From assembly GCA_965215195.1 (NCBI GenBank), contig CBDCDC010000002.1:2720001-2784000 (forward strand): DNA of 64,000 nt, read 5' to 3'. The DNA comes from Candidatus Latescibacterota bacterium (GTDB taxonomy: Bacteria > Latescibacterota > UBA2968 > UBA8231). Position 1 is the stretch's first letter; each line of letters begins with the position of its first letter. Below the pieces are notes generated by a model, which saw only the letters and a program-made list of their open reading frames with translations, did not search any database and was not told where the DNA came from. Both the position numbers and the translations under genes were made by a program. Shown piece by piece: positions 17,455 through 26,444 of the stretch.

Positions 17455-19617
17455 TTGAGCAATGAACCAATTCCCAATGCTCTTGGAGAGCATTTTTTGA
17501 CCCTTACGGCCGCCTTAGGTTTACGCGCTGCGTTCTACGAACAATTGCACTGCCGCTACCAGCGCCGCGAGTTCGACAACTGGCAGGTCTGGGGCGGCAA
17601 CCTGACCATTGAAATCGACGGCCGGGTTTGCGAGCCGCCCCTCGCTAGGGCCTACATCAAACCCGGCAAAACAGCGGCCCGCGCCCGAGTGCGCTGCGAG
17701 CTTTTTGTCGCAACAGTTGATCCGCACCAAGTCCAGCCAAGGGATGTAGATGCGCGGCTGTGGACCGATGCCAGTGGGACCAACGCGTACGTAGAGATGC
17801 GGCTGCTTATAGACGAGGAAGGCGATCCCATCCTCGCCGACAACAACCTCGTCTTTGAGTCAGCAGCTTTTGCGCTTGAGCGCACCGGGGCCTTCAACTA
17901 CGCGGTGGAGTTTTCCGCCGACAGCTACGCCGAGGCCGGGCGCAAGGAATGGATCAGCCTCAACGATTTGGCCGAAAACCGCGATGGGATCATCGTCGTC
18001 AGCCCGGACTGGGTGTGCAAGGGGCCGACGGTCGCCGAAGTGTGTGTTCGCAAGGTCGGTGCGTGTGTAGCAGAGGGCCGCTTCCGCTCCGGTAGGATCG
18101 CCGACCTGACGCGGCATTTAGATGCCATTCCGGCCGATGTGATCTACCTACTGCCCTTCTTCCGCCTTGGTTTTGCGGACCTGCACACTGGCGAGGACGT
18201 GCGCAAGGGCACCCTCGGCAGCGTCTATGCGGTACAGGACTTTTTTCAGGTCGATCCCGCGCTGGTTTCGTCAGCCGAAGAAGTGGATTGGGGGGAACTG
18301 GTGGCGGAGGGTCTCGTGCTCCCAAGCGAGATGGAAGGTTTCGCCGGATTGTCGGCCGCCGCCGCGGAAAAAGCACTCGGCCGCCAAGCCTTCGTCCAGC
18401 TCGTCGGCCGCGCCGAGTTACGCGCTCTCACCCGGCGGGCGCACGCCCTCGGCAAGAAGGTCATCTTCGACTTGGTCCTGATGCAGAGCAGCCGCGACTG
18501 CCCGCTAATTGCCGAACATCCCGAATGGTATCTGCGCGATGAACGCGGTGTGCCGCAAATCCACCAGATCGCTTGGCTGGTCTATTCGGACGTGGCGCTC
18601 TTCGACTTGATCGACAATCAGTCGTTGCAGGAGTACCTGCTGGAGATTGCCCCGTATTGGATTGAGCAATGCGGGTTCGACGGAGTGCGGATCGACGCCA
18701 GCCAGACCATTGATCGGCCCTTCCTCAAAAAGCTCAAGAACCGCATTCAAGCTGCCGCGCCCGACGCCCTCGTGCTGGGCGAAACCCTGTGTCCGCTGAC
18801 CGAGGCCGTGGACGTCCCGGCCGATGCGATCTACGCGCTCTTGGTTGACTTTCACCGCGACGTCGAATACGCCCAGCCCCTCATCGATTTCCTAGAGGAG
18901 ATGAATCGGACCTTCGCATCGGGCACCGTGGCCATGGCCTACTTTGAAAATCACGACAGCCCGCGCGCCACCCAAGTGTGGCACGAGCGGTTCGAGGAAC
19001 TTTTGCGCTGCGACGAGCAGGCGCGGTCCCACTGGCAGGGCCTCATCTGTCCCATCCAGCCGGATCTGGGAAATCGGGCGTTGCTGATGGCATTGCTCAA
19101 GAACTTGCAGGCCGCCCTGATCGACTGTTCGGCTGGCTCGGCCTCTAAGTGCAATCTGACGCGAGGTTTGGAGCTGGGCAGCGAGTGGGGCGAGGAAACG
19201 CGCACTGACTTTGAAAACGAGACTCTCCTGCATTTCGACTGGGCCGAGCGCGAGCCACACGCCAGCCTAGCGAGGGCCTACGGACGTCTCTTCGCCCTGC
19301 AAAAGGAGTGGCCGGAATTTTGCGCCGGGGAGATTTACTTCCACCGCAACGAATTCGCGGGCGGCGACCCAGACGACCGCATCCTAACTTACGTGCGCTA
19401 TACCGAGCAGCGCGCGCTTTTGGTGGCGCACAACTTCGATCCGCGCACCGTGCGGCGGGCGTCCTACCGCTTCGATTACCTGCCGCAGCCGCCGACATCG
19501 CGCCAAAAGTGCTTCGACACGTACGAGGCCCTTGCGATTGAGGCTATATCTGCCAGTGAGGAGATCGCGGAGGTCAGCCTCATGCCGCTACAGACGCAGG
19601 TGTGGCGACTTTACTGA
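17455..19617 (+). CDS. GH13 (alpha-amylase family) glycoside hydrolase
   Basis: GSVYAVQDF, FDGVRIDA (nucleophile), LGET (acid/base), FENHD (stabiliser). Confidence 0.8.
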   Translation: MSNEPIPNALGEHFLTLTAALGLRAAFYEQLHCRYQRREFDNWQVWGGNLTIEIDGRVCEPPLARAYIKPGKTAARARVRCELFVATVDPHQVQPRDVDARLWTDASGTNAYVEMRLLIDEEGDPILADNNLVFESAAFALERTGAFNYAVEFSADSYAEAGRKEWISLNDLAENRDGIIVVSPDWVCKGPTVAEVCVRKVGACVAEGRFRSGRIADLTRHLDAIPADVIYLLPFFRLGFADLHTGEDVRKGTLGSVYAVQDFFQVDPALVSSAEEVDWGELVAEGLVLPSEMEGFAGLSAAAAEKALGRQAFVQLVGRAELRALTRRAHALGKKVIFDLVLMQSSRDCPLIAEHPEWYLRDERGVPQIHQIAWLVYSDVALFDLIDNQSLQEYLLEIAPYWIEQCGFDGVRIDASQTIDRPFLKKLKNRIQAAAPDALVLGETLCPLTEAVDVPADAIYALLVDFHRDVEYAQPLIDFLEEMNRTFASGTVAMAYFENHDSPRATQVWHERFEELLRCDEQARSHWQGLICPIQPDLGNRALLMALLKNLQAALIDCSAGSASKCNLTRGLELGSEWGEETRTDFENETLLHFDWAEREPHASLARAYGRLFALQKEWPEFCAGEIYFHRNEFAGGDPDDRILTYVRYTEQRALLVAHNFDPRTVRRASYRFDYLPQPPTSRQKCFDTYEALAIEAISASEEIAEVSLMPLQTQVWRLY

Positions 19618-19640
19618 ACCCAAACAAGAGGAGTACGAAC

Positions 19641-20447
19641 ATGGCAAAAATAGGCGCGATTCACTACAACTGGCCCGGCTGCGACTTAGAAGGCTTTGCC
19701 CGGCGGGCCAGCGAAATCGGCTACCAGTACTGCGAATTGCAGATCGGCGATATCTGGGATGGCGCGTCCAAAAACGGCGAGCAGACGGCCGAGGCCACGC
19801 GCGAGTTATTGGCCAAATACGGGATGCAAACCTCGGCCGTAGCGGCTGGCAACGACTTCCTGCAAGCGGACCGCCGCGACTTGGACGCGCAAATCGAGCG
19901 CTACCGCTACGTCTGCCAGATCATCCCCCTAACCGGCACCGACATTGTGCGCTCGGACGGCGGCTGGAACCGCAACGGCGACGTGCCGGAAGACCAGTGG
20001 GACGCCATGTTATTGGAGGCGTTCAAACGCTGCGCTGACTTTCTGGAGGAGTACAACGTGCGGATCGCCCTCGACAATCACGGGCTTTCCACTAACGACG
20101 GCGCCTGGCAGTTAAGCCTGATCGAGCGCGTTGGCTCGGCTCGGCTCGGCGTCAACCTCGATACCATGAACTACCGTTGGTTCGGGCACGAGTTGGACCA
20201 AATCGACCGTTTCTACGAGATTTTGGCACCGCACGTTTTTCACACCCACCTCAAGGACGGAACCGGCTCGCAGCAGAATTACAAGGGGGCGGCCTTGGGC
20301 GAGGGAGAAATCCACCTCGCCCACGCGGTCGAATGCCTCAAGGCGGCTGGGTACGACGGGGCTTGGACGGCTGAATACGAGGGGCCGGAGACCGAGGGAC
20401 AGGTGGGATACGAAAAGTGCTATCAGTGGCTGGTGGAGAACGTCTGA
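19641..20447 (+). CDS. Sugar phosphate isomerase/epimerase (xylose-isomerase-like TIM barrel)
   Basis: ALDNHG, NLDTMN, HTHLKD, YDGAWTAEYE. SD GAGGAG precedes ATG 19641. Confidence 0.85.
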   Translation: MAKIGAIHYNWPGCDLEGFARRASEIGYQYCELQIGDIWDGASKNGEQTAEATRELLAKYGMQTSAVAAGNDFLQADRRDLDAQIERYRYVCQIIPLTGTDIVRSDGGWNRNGDVPEDQWDAMLLEAFKRCADFLEEYNVRIALDNHGLSTNDGAWQLSLIERVGSARLGVNLDTMNYRWFGHELDQIDRFYEILAPHVFHTHLKDGTGSQQNYKGAALGEGEIHLAHAVECLKAAGYDGAWTAEYEGPETEGQVGYEKCYQWLVENV

Positions 20448-20459
20448 TTTCGTTTGAGA

Positions 20460-21257
20460 CTACGACCCCGTACCTTGATACGACCTGATCCCTAGCTTCC
20501 AAAACTGGTAGGTGGCCGCAAACAGCAGGGCCGCTACCAGCGGCGAGAATGTGCCCCAATGACCGTCGGCCTCGCTCTTGCCCAACAAGTACAGGGCCGG
20601 GTAATAAGCGACAAACGCATAGGGGACGATAAAGGTGAGAAACCCCTTAAGATACGGTCCGTATATGCTGAGTGGATACCGCGTCAATTCGTACAGGCCG
20701 ATTACGAGGTTGCACAGGGCGTTGGTGCGCGTAACCCAAAAGGACATTGCGCCGAAGAAGAACATGATGGAGAACCAAATCAGGTTCCCCGAGACGATGA
20801 ACACAACCACCAACAGAACCTTGAAAACATCCCACTGCATATTGACGACCCCGCTTGCGACCACCAGATAGAAGATGCCGATTATTAGGTTGCCCAAACC
20901 GAGGGGCGTATAGCGGCGGGCCACCATATAAAAAAGCGTGTTGACCGGCAGGCACAGTAGCTGATCGAACGTACCATCCCTTATAAACTCTTCCATGTAA
21001 ATGACGCTATTGGTGAAAGCGTGGTGAAAACTCATGCCGATTATGGAAAGTGCGTAGAGAAAGAATAACTCCGGGAATGTCCACCCCGCGATCTCGTCCA
21101 CATGGGTAAAAACGATCCCGATCGTCGCCAAGCCAGCGGCGGTCGTGGCGACCATGGAGACGAAAGAGAGCCAAAAGTTGGCCTTGTATTCCAACATGCT
21201 CTTCAGGTGGCTTACGAAGAGAAAGCCGTACAAGGCCGCATACCTACGCACGCTCAA
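20460..21257 (-). CDS. ABC-2 family permease (DUF990-like)
   Basis: IRDGTFDQLLCLPVN, YPLSIY, about 6 TM segments. Confidence 0.85.
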   Translation of the reverse strand: MSVRRYAALYGFLFVSHLKSMLEYKANFWLSFVSMVATTAAGLATIGIVFTHVDEIAGWTFPELFFLYALSIIGMSFHHAFTNSVIYMEEFIRDGTFDQLLCLPVNTLFYMVARRYTPLGLGNLIIGIFYLVVASGVVNMQWDVFKVLLVVVFIVSGNLIWFSIMFFFGAMSFWVTRTNALCNLVIGLYELTRYPLSIYGPYLKGFLTFIVPYAFVAYYPALYLLGKSEADGHWGTFSPLVAALLFAATYQFWKLGIRSYQGTGS

Positions 21258-22093
21258 CCTCCCAAGATGACGATCTTACGCAGTGCCTTCTTCCACAGCA
21301 ACTGTGACACGCCCAGCACCACCAAAACCCACACCAACTGCTCAGTTATCAGCAGCAACTCGTAGCTCGGCACGTGAGCAAGCAACCAGTCGTAGAGGGC
21401 ACTCTCTTGGGGCTTTATCCCGAGACAGATGGCGAGCGGGGTATAAAAACATCCCTTGAACGGCATGACGGCCAGCACGTCCCGCAGGAACGCGGGATAA
21501 AAATCCAGTGGCATAATCCCCCCAGCGCAAAACGCCATGAACACGTTTTTGAACATGTTGACGCCATAGGTCTGCATTATCCAGAACGCGACGCTACCCA
21601 AAGACAGGTCAATCAAGAAGTACGTCACAAATCCCAGCACACAGCTAAGAACCGCCAGCAGTAGGCGCGTTGGATCGAACGGGACGGATATGTCCAAGAC
21701 GTAGCCAAAGAGAATGAACACCGGCACTCCTTTGAACAACAGGTTGAATACCGCCTGCCCAACCGCAGTATATAGAACCACAAGTTGATAGCTAATGGGC
21801 TTGGTCAACTCGACGGCGATGTCGCCCTCATAGACCTTATCGCCGATCATCACGTTCACGTCTTGTCGCACGATAAAGCCGATGATCGTCGAGACCAACG
21901 TATAGGCTACCATCGAGGCGAGCGATATACCTTCTATTTCCGCTTTGCCGGCGTAAATCGCTTGCCACAGGTAGTAAAACGACAGCAAATATACGCAACT
22001 CGCAGACACGTCTGACAGGAACTGAATTCTATACGTCAGCCCTTCTTGGAACGTTACCTTTACAACCCCTACAAAGCGGCCCATATAGCTCAT
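21254..22093 (-). CDS. ABC-2 family permease
   Basis: GDIAVELTKPISY, GGIMPLDFYP; 4-bp overlaps with both neighbours. Confidence 0.85.
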   Translation of the reverse strand: MSYMGRFVGVVKVTFQEGLTYRIQFLSDVSASCVYLLSFYYLWQAIYAGKAEIEGISLASMVAYTLVSTIIGFIVRQDVNVMIGDKVYEGDIAVELTKPISYQLVVLYTAVGQAVFNLLFKGVPVFILFGYVLDISVPFDPTRLLLAVLSCVLGFVTYFLIDLSLGSVAFWIMQTYGVNMFKNVFMAFCAGGIMPLDFYPAFLRDVLAVMPFKGCFYTPLAICLGIKPQESALYDWLLAHVPSYELLLITEQLVWVLVVLGVSQLLWKKALRKIVILGG

Positions 22094-23082
22094 GCACCTG
22101 TGGGTTCTCGTCGGTACAGGCTTTTGACGATGGTGCCGATCGCCTGCTCCTGTATGACGAGATCCCGCACTTCGTTGTGTGTGGCTATCTCAGTGATCAA
22201 CCGGGTCGTCGATAGCTGGTCGCCGTCAAACTCTATTTCCAACTTATTGCCTTTGCTTTTGACGACGGCCATGTCACTCAAGCCGTCGAGATGCTGCGGG
22301 GGATGGGCTAGCTCCAAAGTCATAATCCGCGTCTTGCCATAGATGTTTTTGAGCTTTTCAAGGCTGCCGTCAAACAGCATCTGGCCTTTGTCGATGACGA
22401 TAATCCGCTCACACAATTTTTCCACATCCTCCAAGTCATGGCTGGTAAGTATGATGGAGACGCCATGCTCGCGGTTCATGTGGACGAAGAAGTCGCGGAT
22501 GTTTTCCTTGACCACGATATCCAAGCCGATCGTCGGCTCGTCGAGATAGACTATCGGGGGCTTGTGCAGCAGGGAGAGGGCGATGTTGCACAACATTTTC
22601 TGCCCCAAGCTCAAGCTGCGGGCGTTTTTCCTCAATAAGCCGCCAAGGTTCAAAATGGACTCAAACAGCGCCATCTGCTGTTGATAGAGCACGTTGGACA
22701 GGCCGTAGAGCCTGCGGTGGAGTTCAAACGACTCAATGACGGGCAGGTCCCAACGCAATTGCGAACGCTGGCCGAACACCACGCCAATGTTACGCGCATT
22801 CTCGATGCGTTGCTCGTAGGGTTCGATTCCCAAGACATCGATGCGGCCGGCCGAGGGCGTGAGAATGCCGGTCAGCAGCTTTATCGTCGTCGATTTGCCA
22901 GCACCGTTGGGGCCTAAGTACGCGACGATTTCGCCGGCCTCGATAGCGAAATTTAGATTTTGGACGGCGTGTATAGCTGAAGTCCGCGGCCAGAATAGGC
23001 TTTTGAAGGCTCCCTTTAGGCCCGGATCTTTTAGGGGGATTTTATAGGACTTGGATAGGTTACTCACCTTGATGATCGACAT
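22090..23082 (-). CDS. ABC transporter ATP-binding protein
   Basis: GPNGAGKST, VVFGQRSQL, LSLGQ, LDEPTIGLD, SHD. Confidence 0.93.
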   Translation of the reverse strand: MSIIKVSNLSKSYKIPLKDPGLKGAFKSLFWPRTSAIHAVQNLNFAIEAGEIVAYLGPNGAGKSTTIKLLTGILTPSAGRIDVLGIEPYEQRIENARNIGVVFGQRSQLRWDLPVIESFELHRRLYGLSNVLYQQQMALFESILNLGGLLRKNARSLSLGQKMLCNIALSLLHKPPIVYLDEPTIGLDIVVKENIRDFFVHMNREHGVSIILTSHDLEDVEKLCERIIVIDKGQMLFDGSLEKLKNIYGKTRIMTLELAHPPQHLDGLSDMAVVKSKGNKLEIEFDGDQLSTTRLITEIATHNEVRDLVIQEQAIGTIVKSLYRREPTGA

Positions 23083-23131
23083 TTCCCTCTCTTTTCTGGA
23101 AGTGGGAAACTTGAAAAGCGAGTAGCGCGGT

Positions 23132-25252
23132 TCAAAAGTTCGACATATAGCTAATTTTCGTCAGCAACACGCGCTCTACGGCTTCGTCCTTGGCGCGATG
23201 TTCGTTATACGCGATATAGAACCGGCTGTCGTTCACCCCGAATCTGTGGCTCAAAAGCAGGTTGAGATCGAGCGTGTCCTCGTGGAAACTGCGCTGAAAA
23301 AAGCTGCGGACGAACAGATCGCGATGGAAAAAGTACGTCGTCCGCAGCAGTAAGACGCGCTTGACTTCGTCCAATGCGCCGGACGGGAAATACTCCCACA
23401 CGGACTCCGTGCTCGAATCGAAAAAGAACCCCTTCCACAAGTTGAACCCCAGCGTCCCGGATACGCGACGGATGTCGCCCAAATACTCGTCGGCAAAGTC
23501 GTACTGATCCCGCAGTTGACCGGTGAGACGGATGCGGTATTTGCGCCCGTTGCCCGTGTCAAAGTTCGCGGTAAACGAGTCGCCGTTATACGTTTTTTGC
23601 TGCCACCGCAGTTGCCAATTCTCGTGATTGAACCACGCCCGGGAGTCGTCCCACCGCCGTACGTACACATCGACATTGCTCCACTGCCATTCCCACCCCT
23701 CTTCGCTCGTCCGCTTCTCAGCGGCGAGATCTTGACCCAAATAGATTTTTTGGATGCCGAGAAACTGAGGGCGCAGGGCGTAGCTACCGTTGACGCCGAA
23801 TTCTCGCGTCCCCACATCCGCGTCGTGGGGGATGAAGCCGATCTGATCGACGTTGAACCCCGGATCAATCCAAGACGCCCACACCCGGAAGGGCCAGCGG
23901 TCGGAATTGCGCGTCAGGCGACCGGTGTGCATGCGGTTGCGCTCGCCCACATCCGCGCCAAAGCTCATGGCCGAACTGAGAAAGAGCTGGGCGTTTTCGT
24001 CCAAGCTCCACACCAGGTCGCTGCCGACCGCTTGCTGCCCTGAGCTACCATCCTTCCCAACCGCTAACGCACCGATAGAGGAATTGACCCCCAAGTCGCG
24101 CTTGAGACGCAAGACGCCAAAATGCGGCTGGTCGCCGTCGGCTTGGCGGTTGCGCGCCGCGATCAGGCCGAGGCTATTCTTGCCGATCTTGCCCGTTACT
24201 TTGCTGCCGACATCCGGGTCGCTGATTCGGCGACTGTAAAAGAGATCCATCGGCGTAAAGAGCGTTTGCCCTTCGATGAAGAAGGGCCGCTTCTCTTTGA
24301 GGAAGAGTTCAAAGCGCGTCAGGTTGATCTGGTTTTCGTCGGCTTCGATGTGGGCAAAGTCCGGGTTGAGGGTGGCGTCTAAGGTGAGGTTGGAGGCGAT
24401 ACCGTATTTCAGGTCAAGCCCCAAGTCGCCAGCCCAACCTTCGGTGGGCTGGTCGCGCAGCTTCTCGTAGCGCCCGGTCATATAGGGCAGCGTCTCTAAG
24501 TGCAGCCCCTGTTTGATGCGGCCGAGGCCGTGGAGGTGGCCGGCTTTGGATACCTTCAACAGGTAGCGGACGTCTCTGGAGATAAACGCCCAGTTGCTGT
24601 TCTCGGTATCGGTCCGGGCGATGCGTTGGACGTTGAGGCCCCACGTGTGCTGCTCGTGTTCGGGGAACCGCAACGTCTTGAACGGGATGGCCAACTCGGC
24701 ACTCCAGCCGCGGTCGTGGAGGTGCGTCTCGGCCTGCCAGACGCCGTCCCAGTTCTGGTCGATGCCACCCCAGCCGCCCGCCCCGTCGTCTTGGACGCGA
24801 AAATCGTTCTGGATGCCATACGTATTTATATAGAAGCCGTACGCGTTTTGGTGATCGTGATAGGTGTCTAGCACGAGGCCGACTAGGTCCAGCGGCGCGA
24901 ACCGGCCATCCCGCACCACCATGCGCCCCTCTATATTGCTGGGTTCCTCGTCTATCATATCGAGGCCGATGTACAGGTGCTCGGCGTCGTAGAGGATGCG
25001 GATGAAGGTTTGGTTGGTGGCGGCGACGCCCTCATGGGGGTCTATCAAAATGAAGCCGGTCGAAGGGGTGGCGATCTGCCAGCATTCGTCGTCTAAGGCA
25101 CCATCTATTTTCGGTTGGACGTGTGTCTTGAAGGCGTGCATTTCCTTGTCGCTCTCGTGGGCCTGTGTAAATGGCGCGACGACGAGCGCGGCCCCGTAAA
25201 GTATCCACGCGAGGATGCGTTTGGTCGCGTAAGCTGTGCTGCTCACTGGCAT
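23132..25252 (-). CDS. CBM9-like/DUF5916 outer-membrane protein
   Basis: PKIDGALDD, LDTYHD, GWSAELAIPFKTLRF, TLNPDFAHIEAD, EKRPFFIEG; C-terminal Phe; signal-like N-terminus. Confidence 0.8.
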   Translation of the reverse strand: MPVSSTAYATKRILAWILYGAALVVAPFTQAHESDKEMHAFKTHVQPKIDGALDDECWQIATPSTGFILIDPHEGVAATNQTFIRILYDAEHLYIGLDMIDEEPSNIEGRMVVRDGRFAPLDLVGLVLDTYHDHQNAYGFYINTYGIQNDFRVQDDGAGGWGGIDQNWDGVWQAETHLHDRGWSAELAIPFKTLRFPEHEQHTWGLNVQRIARTDTENSNWAFISRDVRYLLKVSKAGHLHGLGRIKQGLHLETLPYMTGRYEKLRDQPTEGWAGDLGLDLKYGIASNLTLDATLNPDFAHIEADENQINLTRFELFLKEKRPFFIEGQTLFTPMDLFYSRRISDPDVGSKVTGKIGKNSLGLIAARNRQADGDQPHFGVLRLKRDLGVNSSIGALAVGKDGSSGQQAVGSDLVWSLDENAQLFLSSAMSFGADVGERNRMHTGRLTRNSDRWPFRVWASWIDPGFNVDQIGFIPHDADVGTREFGVNGSYALRPQFLGIQKIYLGQDLAAEKRTSEEGWEWQWSNVDVYVRRWDDSRAWFNHENWQLRWQQKTYNGDSFTANFDTGNGRKYRIRLTGQLRDQYDFADEYLGDIRRVSGTLGFNLWKGFFFDSSTESVWEYFPSGALDEVKRVLLLRTTYFFHRDLFVRSFFQRSFHEDTLDLNLLLSHRFGVNDSRFYIAYNEHRAKDEAVERVLLTKISYMSNF

Positions 25253-25493
25253 CGCAAAGGTCCTTCTGTTTCTAGTGGACGAACTGCAATATCCCATACA
25301 CCGATCGGTCGTAGAGATTCCTACCGCCGCCGCTAGACCAGACGATAGTAGATTTTATGCCTTCTCCGGGAAGGTCGCAGTCGTCTATCTCGAGGTTCAA
25401 CCAAGCCTCTGTTGCAGAGCGATTGGTTGGTGCTGGTCCTGTGGTTCGTTTCCGGCGAGCGGCCCTGCCGGGCGGTGGTGCTTGGGGGTGTGT

Positions 25494-26228
25494 TCAGAGC
25501 TTGATGACGGCGATGAGGATGCCGGTGATGGCGACCAAGGTGGTCATCGTCCACCTGAAATAGGTATCCATGCGCTTATTGGTCTCGTCGATGCGGTGGT
25601 GAACGGCTCCTACTTGGTTACGCAGGTCTTGGATTTGTTCGCCCAACGAGTGATTGGTTTCGTCGATGCGGTGATGCACCGCTTGGATTTGTTCGCCCAA
25701 TGAACGGTTGGTTTCGTCGATGCGGTGATGCACCGCTTGGATTTGCTCGCCCAATGAACGGTTGGTTTCGTCGATGCGGTGGTGAACCGCTCCTATCTGA
25801 CTGCGCAGGTCTTGTATTTGTTCGCCCAACGAGTGGTTGGTTTCGTCAATGCGGTGATGCACTGCTTGGATTTGCTCACCCAACGAGTGGTTGGTTTCGT
25901 CGATGCGGTGGTGAACCGCTCCTACCTGATTACGCAGGTCTTGTATTTGTTCGCCCAACGAGCGGTTGGTTTCGTCGATGCGGTGATGCACTGCTTGGAT
26001 TTGCTCACCCAACGAGTGGTTGGTTTCGTCGATGCGGTGGTGAACCGCTCCTACCTGATTACGCAGGTCTTGTATTTGTTCGCCCAACGAGCGGTTGGTC
26101 TCGTCGATGCGGTGGTGAACCGCTCCTATCTGACTACGCAGGTCTTGGATGTCTTCGCGCAGATAGCTGATGCCCCAGTGCAGCTCTTCGGGGGCGGGAC
26201 GAGGTTGAGGGTTGGAACTCGCGGTCAT
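25494..26228 (-). CDS. Membrane-anchored coiled-coil repeat protein (DUF1640/CCDC90-like)
   Basis: SD AAGGAG before ATG 26228; nine AVHHRIDETN repeats; C-terminal TM segment FRWTMTTLVAITGILIAVIKL. Confidence 0.75.
   Translation of the reverse strand: MTASSNPQPRPAPEELHWGISYLREDIQDLRSQIGAVHHRIDETNRSLGEQIQDLRNQVGAVHHRIDETNHSLGEQIQAVHHRIDETNRSLGEQIQDLRNQVGAVHHRIDETNHSLGEQIQAVHHRIDETNHSLGEQIQDLRSQIGAVHHRIDETNRSLGEQIQAVHHRIDETNRSLGEQIQAVHHRIDETNHSLGEQIQDLRNQVGAVHHRIDETNKRMDTYFRWTMTTLVAITGILIAVIKL
25577..26152 (-). repeat. Coding tandem array of 75-bp and 54-bp units
   Basis: Units IQDLRxQxGAVHHRIDETNxSLGEQ (25 aa) and IQAVHHRIDETNxSLGEQ (18 aa), near-identical at the DNA level. Confidence 0.9.
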
Positions 26229-26444
26229 GGTGGACTCCTTGAGGGCGGCAAGGTTAGGGAGTAATATGACGACGCAAGAACAGGAAAGCAACTTACATGC
26301 CAGCGCCGATCTCTGAGTAGGGACGGCGATTAGCTGGCTCGATCTGTGTGCGTTTGCACACGCGGATGAGTTCTTTTCGATACACGAGAAGTCGGCCGGC
26401 GGAGCGCACAACGGTGTCGCAAAGATCGAAGCTCAGGGCGCGGA

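Noticed and set aside
25577-26152. Possible CRISPR array
   Set aside because: Units are contiguous, in-frame coding repeats with no unique spacers, and there are no cas genes.
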